Of a stretch of DNA of 64,000 nucleotides, positions 40,557 through 56,262 are shown one piece after another. The stretch spans positions 34,410,001-34,474,000 of the forward strand of contig OZ024749.1 of NCBI GenBank assembly GCA_964016885.1, read 5' to 3'. Position 1 is the first letter of the stretch, and the number at the start of each line of letters is the position of its first letter. This DNA is from Eledone cirrhosa. Taxonomy: Eukaryota. A program made the position numbers and the translations under genes. The notes beneath the pieces were generated by a model. The model worked only from the letters and a program-made list of their open reading frames with translations. It did no database searches and was not told the origin of the DNA.

Positions 40557-40557
<1 letters not shown>
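40124..40557 (-). mobile_element. RTE LINE 3' coding fragment
   Basis: [34 protein letters not shown]...[12 protein letters not shown]...GRPRKTW. Confidence 0.9.
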
Positions 40558-43362
<2,805 letters not shown>

Positions 43363-43758
43363 ATCATCATCACCGTTTTACGTCCGTTCTTCCACGCTAG
43401 CATGGGTTAGACGGGTTGTCCTGTTGTGGGCAGTGTCTGGTCGGCTGACCATGCCTTGCTCATACAGGAACTGATCTGGCTTGATTTCTACAGCTGGATG
43501 CCCTTCCTAACACCAACCTCATTTACAGTGAGTGCTGGGTGCTTTTTCGTGGCGCCTACACGTCCACTTTACAGTGTGGGCTGGGTGCTTTTTTGCCGTG
43601 GCACCTCCACGACCACCTTGCGGTGGGGGGGGGGGCATATTGTTTATATGCTTCAGCATGTACCCATGGGAGGTCGGGTACCCTGTATTACTGCGTGACG
43701 CCAGAAGTCACGGTCGTGTGTCATTGACTTTGAGAGGTGTATATATATATATATGTAC

Positions 43759-43789
<31 letters not shown>

Positions 43790-43835
43790 TGTACATATAT
43801 ATATATATATGTACATATATATATATATATATATG

Positions 43836-43873
<38 letters not shown>

Positions 43874-44752
43874 ACATATATATATATGGGGTGGCGTCGG
43901 GTGCATCTATAAAAGTGGCTTAATGGTTAGAGTACTGGATTCGCTGTCATGAGATTGGGAGTTCGACTCACAGTCTAAGAAGTGTGCTGTGCCCTAAGAA
44001 GGTTGGTTGCTCCTGTTCACTCAGCTGTAGAAATGAGTTGCAATGTCACTGGTGCCATGTTGTTGCAGCTTTAGTCTTTCTCTTTGACAACATTGGTGGC
44101 GTGGTGAGGAGACACTGGCCTGCATGGGCAACCGCTGGTCTTCTACAAAAACACCTTGCCCGGGTTTGTGCCTCCAAGGGGAACTATTTTCTGTAGTTAA
44201 AATATGGCAAAAGCTGTAATTTACTCCCTCCCTCCCCCCATTCCCCACCACACATACACTCACACACTCCCCCTCCCCATCACACACACACTACACTGTC
44301 CATCATATCCACTCTCCTACTCCTCACCACACTCCACTACTCACCTCACCCACACACACATAATTCCCCCTTCTCACCCCCCCCACATTCCCTCTCCTTG
44401 CTGCACCCCCACCCCCCATTCCCCACCACACACCCCTCACACATACCCCCCACCCCACCCCATCTCCACCACAAACATGTTCTGAAGTTTGATCTTTGTT
44501 ATCATTTGTTAGCTACATATCTTTCTACACCCTTGTTTATGTTGTAATTATAATGTGTCTTTTTGCTGTTGTCTGCCTGCCTGCCTGTCTGTCTGTCTGT
44601 ATGTATGTATGTCAGTGTGTATGTCAGTGTGTGGGTGGGTGTCTCTGTCAGTGTGTGTGTGTGTGTTTGTCTGTCAGTGTGTGTCTGTCTGTCTGTCTGT
44701 GTGTACGTGTGCAACGTCTGTTTCTCAGTATGTATGTGTGTGTGTGTGTGTC

Positions 44753-44817
<65 letters not shown>

Positions 44818-46371
44818 CTGTCTGTCAGCCTGCATATGTGTGTACGTTTGTGTTTGTATATATCTGTCAGTATGTGTGTGTGCCTGTCAGTGTGTGTGTC
44901 TGTCAGTATATGTGTGTGTGTGTGTGTAAGAAGAGAATATAAAATTTGTGATTTTGATAAAGGTTTTCTTTCCTCATAGAAGTACTTATGTTGTATTTCC
45001 CTGCCCTGAGTGTAAACTGTTGTTTATTATGGTAGATACCTCATGACAGATATGTAATTCATTCTACTTAGACAACATCTTTTTATAGGCTTTTGCTTAT
45101 CTGTTGTGGCTTAGTGGTTAAGGTGTTTGTCTTGTGATCATAAAGTTGTCAGTTTGATCCTGGAACTAGGAAGTAAGGCAGTACATTACTTCAGTCCATT
45201 CAGCTAGTAAAAATGCATTGTACTTGTAATTCAATCTCTGAAGAGGAAGAAAAATGGGGGAAAATCAGATGTGACTTTCAACTCTTTCTCAAGTCAATCT
45301 TTCAATATAAATGGATCCATTTTAACTGATAGTTAATTTGCATAGAAGATTGAACTGTTCATAGTACAGACACGTCATCTTCAATGTTTTAATCCATCTG
45401 ATACCAAACTGCCTATAATACTATGCATCTGCCCTATAATATTACACTATAATATTACATTATAATATTACACATTTGATCTTTAATATAACAGCACTAT
45501 ATATTAATTTTATTAAGGCTAAATATGAGTCTAATGACCCTGTGATAAACAGGTGAAACTCCAGTATAATAAAACTCTATATATATATATAATTATATAT
45601 ATATATAATTGCTAACAGCTGCATGCCCAGCCATGCCATATATTTATTAATCTTTTCGTTACTATATTGTTAATCAAATACACTCTATTTCAGTTCATTA
45701 ATAAAGAACTTTGAGGGATTTCAAAAAGTATCATTTCATTACTAAAATAGGATTAGTTCTGATATAAAATTATGTTGGAAGATTTAAATTTAAATAGAAC
45801 CCTTTGTTAAAAGGTGGTTTTGTTTAATAGAATCAGATCTGGTATGAAAAGGGTTCATAACTAAAATAAATATAATCACATGAATTCACTATATTTTTGA
45901 TAAATTATTTTTAAATGAAACTGGCAGTCTTCATCTCAGTCAGGATTGTTGATTCACAGAAAATTGTTGAATCAATCCAGGCAATCCAGAAGATTATTCT
46001 AGTTAAGCCCTTTAAAAATGTGTAATAAAAATTTTTTTTTTTTTTTAATTATAAACATTTTTAGGAAACGTTTCTTTTTTTTAACATTTTACTAATTCAC
46101 TCATAATGAATTATTTTCTAATCAGTAAGTTGTTCCAATGTTTATTTTTCAATGATTGGGTGTATATAATATTCTTAATTTTTCTGTATGGAGCTAAAAA
46201 GAAGAAACTTCAGGAAAAGTCGCATAACCTATTGTTTTCTCCTTCAGAAAATGTGTCCCTTATGTAAAAGATTTTTTCACCTGGGTAGGTAAATCTTTTA
46301 CATAAGGGACATACATGGAACATACATGTATACATACATACAGAGACACAGACACACAGATAGATAGATAT

Positions 46372-46625
46372 CTTTCTTTATTTGCCACAGGGGCGTACAG
46401 AAATGGGACATTACAAGACGTGACGGCAGGGGTTTTACATAAAAATCATATGACTTTAACATTAATAAATAACAATAAACTATATATAATAAAATAACAA
46501 TTGAAATCCCCAATAGGGGGGGAACGTTACTGCAGGGTTGTTTTACACCCTGTGGACAGAACAACCCTCAACACCAGGAACACATTTTGTAGGTGTTCCC
46601 ATTCACTCGGGCCATTTTCGCCACA
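46372..46625 (-). mobile_element. Tx1/L1-like LINE 3' end, copy 1, bounded by (GATA)n
   Basis: Shares ccattcactcgggccatt.tcgccac and tttctttatt.gccacagggg with copy 2. Confidence 0.6.
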
Positions 46626-46639
46626 CAGATAGATAGATA

Positions 46640-47256
46640 TATTTCTTTATTAGCCACAGGGGCACAAAAGAAGGGGACAAATACAAAGGGGGAAGTTTAC
46701 ATACAATAAAAACGTAAAATGTTATCACAGATGGAATTTAAAAAGTTAGTCGATTTTCCCCAATAGAGGGAGACAGTTTATATGGGTAACACATAGCCCC
46801 GAAAAAAAATGTGCAACCCTCATCTCCAGGAGTACGAAGAGTTTGTACTCCTTTCCTCTCCTCCTCCTTTTCCTCAACCTACAGGCTGATATAAAGAGAA
46901 GGCCCATTCACTCGGGCCATTCTCGCCACTTTCACCCACCTTTCATAAAACTTGCTGGGGTACAGCACCTCTCTCTCCATCCTGATTCTTCTTCCAAAGT
47001 GGTATTTGAAAAAAAGAATCAGTTGTTGGCCGGAGAGAAAGGTGTCTGACCTCAGCCCTTTCAACCTTGTCCACCATACAACCTCTTTCGCCATAGCTAT
47101 CACACAAAGGAAAACCGCCTCTCCTTCGTTTTTGAAGGAGGGTGGCGGTTTGATCATGACAATGGACTCGGTGGTCAACTGGATTGGTCCCACCCGCGAC
47201 AATAGTCGTTCTACATAGCCCCACAGGTCAGTGACGCCCGGGCAGTGTATAAATGC
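46640..47256 (-). mobile_element. Tx1/L1-like LINE 3' end, copy 2, bounded by (GATA)n
   Basis: AFIHCPGVTDLWGYVERLL...AKEVVWWTR...FYERW is typical of the L1/Tx1 ORF2 C-terminus after the CCHC knuckle. A U-rich 3' UTR follows. Confidence 0.7.
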
Positions 47257-47354
47257 AGATAGATAGATTGATAGGTACATAACATACAGATCAGCACACA
47301 CACACACAGGCATATTTCTTCCCTTTTTACTCTCATCAATCCTATACAAATTCT

Positions 47355-47480
47355 CATTCTATCTTCTGATGAAGGACTAATGTCCAAAATATTAAGACTG
47401 TTTTATCAAGCATTAAACTAATGTATATCATCATTTTACTATATTGTTCTGCTGTATTGTTTATATTTGTTGACTTTCAC
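47355..47480 (+). mobile_element. PLE pLTR end with decayed hammerhead
   Basis: CTGATGA-A-GGAC-taat-GTCC-aaaa (GAAA lost) at 47366-47389. Homologous to minus-strand 28830-28940. Confidence 0.55.
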
Positions 47481-47739
47481 TTATATATATATATATTTCC
47501 ACTCTGTAAGGTGGTAGTCATGGTGCCTCACAAAAAGCATCCTGTCCACTCTGTAAGGTGGTAGTCATGGTGCCACACAAAAAGCATCCTGTCCACTCTG
47601 TAAATGTCCACTCAATAAAATGTTCCTAGTAGTTGGTGTTAGGAATGGAATGTAACCAGTTTAACCTCAGTATGTAACAACCAGACATGCATGGAAGATA
47701 GAAATTAAAGTGTGATGATGATATGTATATACATATATA

Positions 47740-47915
47740 CAGTGAAATTCTGTTATAACGAAATTCACAGGGTATAAAACAATATTCGTTGTAACGAAAA
47801 ATTCTTTATAATGTGATTGACCTAACCCATCGAGCATGTGGCCGGGAATTGAAAAGAATTTTGTTATACTGAAAAATTTGTAATAATGGTAGTCGTTATA
47901 ATGGATTTTTACCTG
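47740..47915. mobile_element. Tigger/pogo-like MITE
   Basis: ta|cagtgaaattctgttataacga ... tcgttataatggatttttacctg|ta. Confidence 0.7.
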
Positions 47916-48472
47916 TATATGCAAAAAGTCCATGGAAAACAACAAAGAAAACAATACAGTACAATGAAGAAATATATTAATTTAATGCTTGATGTAGTAG
48001 GAAAAGAGTCTTAACATTTCAAACACTAGTCCTTCATGACTGCATTTGAACATGACTGCATTTCTAATGAAATATACTCTATTTTAATTAATTAATAAAG
48101 AATTTTGAAGGATTTATTACAATTTTTAATTATTTTATTACTAAGGTAATAACTTAATGTAAGGTTCAGATATAAAATTATGTTGGAAGATTTTAATTTA
48201 AAATGGGAACCTTGAAAATGGGTTGTTTTATTTCATAGAACCAGAGCCGGTTTTGGCTGGGTTGGTAACTAAAGGGTTAAAAGAGGCAGGTGGTTTTGTG
48301 TGTTGATGTTTAAAGGGTTAAAGATGTCTCTACAATTTCAACACTCTAATTAATCATATAATCTAATTAATAATCAGATATGAATTTATTGCTATCTCTA
48401 TGTACAAGGAAATCTAAGTTTCAGGTTCTTCTCATCAAATATTTGAAAATTTCTTAATTTTTCTTGTTTGTT

Positions 48473-48516
<44 letters not shown>

Positions 48517-49274
48517 TGTGCGTGTCGTTGTGTGTGCGTGTGTCGGTCGGAATGTATTAAATGTCCTGACAGAAATATTTTGAAAATATAAAAATAATAA
48601 TACATGATGTTGGAAAATATAAAAATAAAAATACATGATATTTACAGTGTCTGTTTTATGATCCCTCGAAAAAAAAAAAGAGTATAAAATAGGGGACACA
48701 TGCCTTTATCATTCCTCTTTTTAGTCATCTTATCACTATTTCTCATTGTGTCTGTGTGTGTATGTATCTATGTATGTGTGCTACTTTCTGCATCCTTTGG
48801 CTCTCTCTCTCTCTCTTATGTGTGTGTGTGTGTGCTACATTCTGCATCCTTTGCCTTTCTCTCTCTGGTGTGTGTCTTTGTGTGTGTGTGTGCTACATTC
48901 TGCATCCTTTCCCCTTCACTATTAAGACGGAAAAGGATTGCAAGCAGTCAGCCTTTGCATGTGGAGCTGTTACAGGTTCAGTTTAGAGTTGGAGATATTG
49001 ATTTTCTGGGCATGAATCATTCATTCCTTCACTATGATTAAACCCCTATTTTTTTCTCTTTGGACTGGTTGATTGTTGCAGGCTTCAGACAGGCTTGCTA
49101 TCTTACAAGTGTTCACTATTTCGCTCTTAACATGCCTTTACATCACTGCTCTCAGCTAATTCAACAGTCATCTTCTTCTTCTGCTGCTGTCTTCTTAAAG
49201 TGGTCTTATTGTTATACTTTCTGAGAATATTTTGACTTTAATTTCAAACAAGGAAAACTCCTATTTTTAAAATA

Positions 49275-49290
49275 ATGGATTTAACTGATG
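49275..49290 (+). CDS. Candidate alternative first coding exon D (MDLTD, phase-1 donor)
   Basis: ataATGG context, donor ATG|GTATGT at 49290/49291. Preceded by ~350 nt of unique UTR-like sequence and a CT/GT-rich tract. Confidence 0.4.
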
Positions 49291-49608
49291 GTATGTTTAT
49301 TTTGCTCTATAATTATTTATCTTTCTCTTACTTTATATGACTTTTTCATCCAAACATTTATCTTTATATTTAATTTCCAATGTGTCATATCAGTTTGTCT
49401 GGCTCCTTTGGAATGCTAAAAATATTGCCACTGAATTAAGTAATAACCTTTATATATATATATATTCTTTTACTCTTTTACCTGTTTCAGCCATCCGGCT
49501 GAGGCCATGCTGGGGCACCGCCCTTGTGTGTATATAGATATATACACACACATATATATATTGCCACTGAATTAAGTAATAACCTTTATATATATATGTG
49601 TATATATA

Positions 49609-49642
<34 letters not shown>

Positions 49643-49687
49643 GTAATAATAATAAATTTGAAGACTAAAATCCAAAGAGGACTCGAT

Positions 49688-49740
49688 AAGTTTCAGAAGA
49701 TCCCGTTAAGGGCGAAAGCAGCGATTCTTTGCTTAAACTT
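49688..49740 (+). ncRNA. Type I hammerhead-like fold (U4A core variant)
   Basis: aagttt/aaactt stem I, CAGAAGA, t-ccc-gttaa-ggg-c, GAAA, gca/tgc stem III, CUU triplet. A truncated second copy is at 54647-54708. Confidence 0.5.
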
Positions 49741-49755
49741 TAATCTGTTATTTTA

Positions 49756-49787
<32 letters not shown>

Positions 49788-50068
49788 ATATATATATACA
49801 CTTTTAATTTTGCACATTGTTGGACTGCCAAATATTTAAACTTATTTAAATTTGTATTATATATATATATATATATATAGGGAGAGAGAGAGAATATCAG
49901 GGGAGGCAAAGAGTTGAGGAGAAGGGCTGCATACCATAGTATATATTTTTAAGAGAGGAATTTATGAATGAAAAGTGAATGTTCAGAATGTTTTCTTTTT
50001 CACAAATTGAATATAGATATTCTCAGTTTCTTTTCTTTTGTTTTTCATAAATCACCCCTTTTTTTTAA

Positions 50069-50318
50069 CCCTTTTGATACAATATGTTTGTGTGTATGAT
50101 TTTAAAATAATTTGGAAAATAACAAGAATTTGTAGGGGTAGAGATTTAGTAATATAACAAACTTTCTCATTGTTAATTAGGTGTTTGGAACATAACTGAA
50201 CCAAGGTTCTTACATAAAATTATGTTGTATGGATTTTAGATAAATATAAAAACTTTAAAACAAATAGTTTTCCATCCTAGAACTAAGGACAGCTTCAGGC
50301 AGTTTGGTATCAAAAGGG
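50069..50318. mobile_element. TTAA-flanked piggyBac-like MITE
   Basis: ttaa|cccttttgatac ... gtatcaaaaggg|ttaa, perfect 12-bp TIR. Confidence 0.8.
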
Positions 50319-50643
50319 TTAATCATACATTTGTAATGTTAGATGATGATACTGTTTGAGCATGGACACTGTTGTGGATAATTCCAACCAAATGCATCTG
50401 TAGTGAATTATAAAGTTATTTGATTTTTTTTTTGTTTATTTTCATTTATATAAGTAGACACTTTTATTTATATAATTATTTAATTTATATAATTATTATT
50501 GATATTAATAACTACTTTTATTTTCAAAATTTGTATTCATTTATTTTTGAAAAAAAATAGAAAAAATAATTTATTATTTTACCTGTATAACAATATCTGA
50601 TGTTGTCCTACAGTGGTAAAAGTATATTCTCCAAGTTACCTGT

Positions 50644-50988
50644 CATCATCATTCATCATTTCATTTTACGTCCGCTTTTTCCCTGCTTGCAAGGGTGGGA
50701 CGGAAACTGATGCTGGCTTGATTTCTACAGCTGGATGTCCTTCCTAACACCAACCTCATTTACAGTGAGTGCTGGGTGCTTTTTTGCCGTGGCACCTCCA
50801 CGACCACTTTGCAGTGGAATGATATGGACCCCAGTCCCTATCATCTCATTTCTACAGCTGAGTAAACTGGAGCAATGTGAAATAAAGTGTCTTGCTCAAG
50901 GAAACAACACATCACCCGGTCTGAGAATTGAACTCACAACATTTCGATTGCAAGGCCAATGCTCTAACCACTAAGCCATGTACCTCCA
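50644..50988 (-). mobile_element. Full-length tRNA-derived SINE with RTE 3' tail
   Basis: A box tggcttagtgg, B box gagttcaattc, central ccttgagcaagacact, tail ccgtcccacccttgcaagcagggaaaaagcggacgtaaaatg. Confidence 0.9.
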
Positions 50989-51276
50989 TGGTAATGTTGT
51001 AATCTTGTTATATTACAATAATGGTTATAACAAGTTTGCTTTGCAGCCAGTTGATTCTGGGTTCAGTCCTACTGCATGACACCTTGACCAAGGGTGTTCT
51101 GCTAGAGCCTCAAGTTGACCAATTCCTTGTGAGTGGGGAACCAGAAGCCCTTCATATATAAGGTGTATCAAGAAGAATCATCCGATTTCAAAATTCCTTT
51201 CGATACACTCTGTATTATATAATGATGTGTGTGTGTGTGTTTGTATATATATATACATATACATATATATATATAT

Positions 51277-51331
<55 letters not shown>

Positions 51332-51428
51332 TATATATATATATACATATACACACATATGTGTGTATATGTATATATATATATATATACATATGTGTGT
51401 ATATCTATATATATATACATATACACAC

Positions 51429-51475
<47 letters not shown>

Positions 51476-51836
51476 CATATATATATGCATACCTACACAC
51501 ACGTGTGGGTGGGTAGGTGGGGTTATTGTGTATCTGTGTGTGTGTGTGTGTCCATGTGTGTGTTTGTGTCTGTGTTAATATCCAGTAATTTAGTGCTTTG
51601 ACAAAAAAAAAAAAAATAATAAAGAAGAGATTGATAAAATAAATACTGGGGTTGATATGATAGACTAAATCAAGGCAGTGGCCCCAACATGGCCACAGTC
51701 TACTGACTGAAACAAGTAAAAGAAAAAAAGAATGTATGTATAAATTTCACTACAGTACTGACAAATATAATTTACATATTCTATATAGATGCACATTTCT
51801 AAAGCATGTAGTTGTATGATGGAAAATATGTTTAAT

Positions 51837-52186
51837 AGATATTGAAAATATATCCATGACTGATATTGAAAATATATCCATGACTGATATTGAAAATATA
51901 TCCATGACTGATATTAAAGATATATCCATGACTGATATTGAAAATATATCCATGACTGATATTAAAGATATATCCATGACTGATATTGAAAATATATCCA
52001 TGACTGATATTAAAGATATATCCATGACTGATATTGAAAATATATCCATGACTGATATTGAAAATATATCCATGACTGATATTGAAAATATATCCATGAC
52101 TGATATTAAAGATATATCCATGACTGATATTGAAAATATGTGCATAATTGATATTGAAAATATGTGCATAATTGATATTGAAAATA
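51837..52186. repeat. 24-bp minisatellite
   Basis: Unit gatattgaaaatatatccatgact with a gatattaaagat variant, about 14 copies. Confidence 0.95.
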
Positions 52187-52478
52187 TAGTTGTTGATGAA
52201 ATAATTGTCATGTTTATATTCACATTGTATGATTGTAAATCAGCATGGCTATGTTTTGCTTCTGCTGTAATGTGAAGCAGGCAAGTTCTATTCATGCATT
52301 CAGTTTCATAAGCACATAGTTTTATATGTAATTTGGAAGATAATGAGTAGAGGCATAGCTTAGTATAGAATGCCCTTTTCTAATCTATTAATATACTTTT
52401 CGGTATGTATTCTCTTATTTGTTTGGCTCCTTTGAATGCCAAATATTCTCACTAAATTATATAACATTTTAATCTCTC

Positions 52479-52772
<294 letters not shown>

Positions 52773-53214
52773 CTTATATATATATATATATAAATATGTA
52801 TGTGTGTGCCAAGCATCTTTATTTATATTTAGAAATTACTTCTACAGGACTGTTTCATCCTTTTGAGGTTGATAAATAAAAGTACCAGTCCGGTACTGAG
52901 GTCGTTTTATTCTCTATATCTCTGTTTCACTTCTCTCTATCCATCTCTCACCTTCTCGTGAAGAAATTAGCTGTGATCAGACCTGGAGAGAGGGTAGGCT
53001 CTGCCAGGCTTAAAATGCCCAACAAATGTCAATATGGCACCCCAATGACTCTTCTAGGGTCCATATATACATATGAGAGAGGAAGTGGGGATAGGCTGTT
53101 TAATATATATATATATATGAACTTATGAATGAACAGCACATGCTTATAGCATTTGTAATGTTTTGTTTTCATTCTTCTATCTGGTTGATGAATGGAATAT
53201 ATACTTATAGAAAT

Positions 53215-53687
53215 TTTTGATATAAACTTTATTGGGTATGGAATGACAATAGGGTAGGTGGTGTAGGCATCTTAATAGCTGAGGAATGGTTAGATAAAAT
53301 GATAACAGTAGTTAGAGTAGGTGACAGAATTATCAAGCTTAGAATACTTGTAGGAAATAGAATACTGATAATTACATCTACCTATGCACCACAGGCAGGA
53401 GTGAATAAAGAACAAAAGGACAGGTTCCATGAGGAACTTTTATAGACAACTTCAGTTACTACTGAAAGAAACCTCATCATCCTGTACATGTTGGACAGTA
53501 CTAGGATGAATGCATTGTAGTTCACGGCGACTATGGTTATGGCTCAAAAAATTAAGAAAGAGTGAGGCTCCTGGAATTCTGTGAAACAAATGAACTAACC
53601 ATTTGCAATACAAATTTCAGGAAACTAGTTAGCCATCTGATCACATATCAATCAGGCAAACACACAAGCCAGATTGATTTCTTACTA
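53215..53687 (+). mobile_element. RTE LINE APE-endonuclease fragment
   Basis: GGVGILIAEEW..RVGDRII..STYAPQAG..HVG..HGDYGYGSKN*ERVRLLEFCETNELTICNTNFRK..HLITYQSG...QIDFLL. Confidence 0.85.
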
Positions 53688-54350
53688 CATACTGAGTGGG
53701 GCCACTTCCCTAAAGGAATCGAGGTCCTATCTTCTTTCCTACTTATTAGCTCTTTAGTTTTGGCTAAGTTTACTCTCAACCCTTTTGATTCCAAATTCTG
53801 TTTCCATAGGGGAAACTTATTCTCTAGTTCTTTTATGGATTCAGTTATAAGGACCAGATCATTCGCATAGAAAAATTCCCATGGGCAGCTGGTCTTAAAC
53901 TCCTCTTTTATGTCCTGGAGAACTATGATGAACAGCAGTGGGCTGAAAACAAAATCCTGATAGCTCCTACCTGCACCTTGAATTCTTACTGAATTCACTT
54001 CCTACTCACACTTTACTGACACTGCCTCTGTAGATGACTAGCATTGTTCTCGCAAGACATTCTTCTGCACCTAATCTTCTTAAGGACCACCAAATAACAG
54101 AACGAGGTACTCTGTCAAAGACCTTTTCTAGATCAGCAAAAGCTAGTTTAGGAACTTCTCTTGTAGCTGTCTCACTAAGAAGAGGGCATCTATAGTACTT
54201 TTCCAAGGCATAAAACCAAACTGCATCTCGTCTAATTTGACTTTTTCTCTAATTAGCTCTACTAGAATTCTTTCTGTCACTTTCATAACTTGGTCCATCA
54301 GTTTTATTCCTCTGCAGTTGCTTTTTCTAGAGCATTCCCTTTACTCTTTA
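53688..54350 (-). mobile_element. RTE LINE RT fragment, inverted relative to adjacent EN fragment
   Basis: LAFADLEKVFDRVPRSVIWWSLR...FSPLLFIIVLQ...WEFFYANDLVL, with frameshifts. Confidence 0.85.
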
Positions 54351-55325
54351 GAGTGTTCCAAAACATATATGCACACTTCAACAGCATTCTAATAAATATT
54401 GCCTGTACAGGTAATCAGTGTGTATACATTTTTTGGACCACCTGTATGTATATATATATAATAATTGTTTCTACTTTAGGCACAAGGCCAGCAATTACCC
54501 AGTACATTACTGGTATTTTATTTTATCGACCCTGTAAGGATGAAAGGCAAAGTTAACCTCGGCGGGATTTGAACTCAGACTGTAAAGGGACGTAACTATG
54601 CTAGAAAGCATGGCGCCCAACCCTCTACCGATACTGCCAATTCACCAAGATCCCGTTAAGGGTGAAAGCACTGATTCTTTGCTTAAACTTTAATCTGTTA
54701 TTTTAATAAATATATATCATCATCGTTTAACGTCTATCTTCCACGCTAGCATGGGTTAGACGGGAATTGTCCCACTTGAGGCAAGATTGGTCGGGTGACC
54801 TATATATATATATATATATAAAAGGTAAAAGTAAAGATCCCCTTCAGTCACATATGATCATGGGATTCTCACCTAGAAAGTTCCCTTCCAAGGCACAAGT
54901 CTAGGCAAGGATGTTTGTGGAAGATTAGAAGTCACCCATGCATATCAGCCTCCCCTCCTCATGCCACTGGTGTTGTCCAAGGAAAATGCTAAAGCCAATA
55001 CAGCTTGGCACCAGTCATGTCGTAACTCATTTCTACAGCTGAGTAACATGAAATAAAGTGACTTGCTCAAGGGCACAACATATTGCCCAGTCCAAGAATC
55101 AAACTCACAACCTCAAGATTGTAACCCCAGCAACTCCAGCGCTCAAACCACTAAGCCATGATGCACCTTCACACACACACACACATATATATATATACAG
55201 GGTGTCCCACAAAAATCTATACACATATTTATTAGAATGCTATTGAAGTGTGTATACATTTTGGGTGTACTGGGTGCAATCTATCACATTCTAATAACTC
55301 TTCTAATTCACCTTTATATATATAT

Positions 55326-55700
55326 GGAGGCACATGGCTTAGTGGTTAGAGCATTGCCCTTGCAATCTAAAAGTTGTGAGTTCAATTCTCAGACGATCCT
55401 TGAGCAAGACACTTTATTTCACATTGCTCCAGTTTACTCAGCTGCAGAAATGAGATGATAAGACTGGGGTCCCTATCATTCCACTGCAATGGTCGTGGAG
55501 GGGCCACAGCAAAAAAAGCACCCAGCCCACACTGTAAAGTAGACGTGCAGGCACCACGGAAATAAAAAAAGCACCCAGCACTCACTGTAAATGAGGTTGG
55601 TGTTAGGAAGGGCATCCAGCTGTATAAATCAAGCCAGAATCAGTTCCCGTCCCACCCTTGCAAGCAGGGAAAAGCGAACGTAAAATGATGATGATGATGA
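55326..55700 (+). mobile_element. tRNA-derived SINE with RTE 3' tail
   Basis: Same family as 50644-50988, with an internal ~43-nt duplication. Confidence 0.9.
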
Positions 55701-55937
55701 TATGCGTGTGTGTATTTCATTTTTTCTTCTTCTCTTGAATGTTTGATTGTTTTTAAATGTTTCTTTGCTCTTATTATTTTTCCAATTTGGAAGTTTACAA
55801 TAAAGTTTTACCACTTTAGCATTAGTCAATTAATGCTTGAAACATAATAAAATAAGGAAAATTTCTTTACAGAAAGTTTTCTGTCCAAATGAATTTATAA
55901 CAATTTATATTCATTGTAATTTTCAATTCTCTTTCAG

Positions 55938-56262
55938 CTATTCAATCACTGGATTCTCTGAATGACCAGATAGTCCAGTACATCTTTCTGCCACGGGATA
56001 TTACTTTGGATTTGGACTCTACGTTCTTCTATGCTACTTATTCGCCGTCTGTTGATGGACGCTCAGGGCAAATTTCGAAAAATGGTTGAAGACAATAAAC
56101 AGCTTGCAGCACGTATAGATGGTTCTATTCATTTAGCTAATCAAGAAGTACATGCATTACGAACTGAATTAGCTAATACCAATAAACGCCTCACTCAGAT
56201 CTCCACTGAAAGTTCCAAACCTAATCCATACCTTTTGCCTTTAACATTTCATGACAATGATT
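55938..56262 (+). CDS. Exon of a host gene encoding a coiled-coil segment (LLIRRLLMDAQGKFRKMVEDNKQLAARIDGSIHLANQEVHALRTELANTNKRL); contains a frame discontinuity
   Basis: Acceptor tttcaattctctttcag| at 55937, donor T|GTAAGT at 56262/56263, heptad-patterned non-repetitive ORF from 56031. From memory it resembles N-termini of invertebrate RIMS-binding-protein/JAKMIP-like proteins; this is unverified. Confidence 0.75.

Noticed and set aside
52245-52286. Possible first exon with GC donor (CAG|GCAAGT)
   Set aside because: Phase 0, which runs into TGA at 55959. No other support.
51750-52295. MTDIENIS repeat ORFs on both strands
   Set aside because: A 24-bp minisatellite is open by arithmetic. There are no convincing splice sites or protein features.
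55326-55395. tRNA genes
   Set aside because: A/B boxes belong to SINE heads and no complete cloverleaf is evident.
55938-55973. A-to-I editing of TGA/TAG to open the coiled-coil frame from the acceptor
   Set aside because: It would need two edits and phase-0 entry, and gives an implausible Trp-rich peptide. The phase-1 frame is more protein-like.
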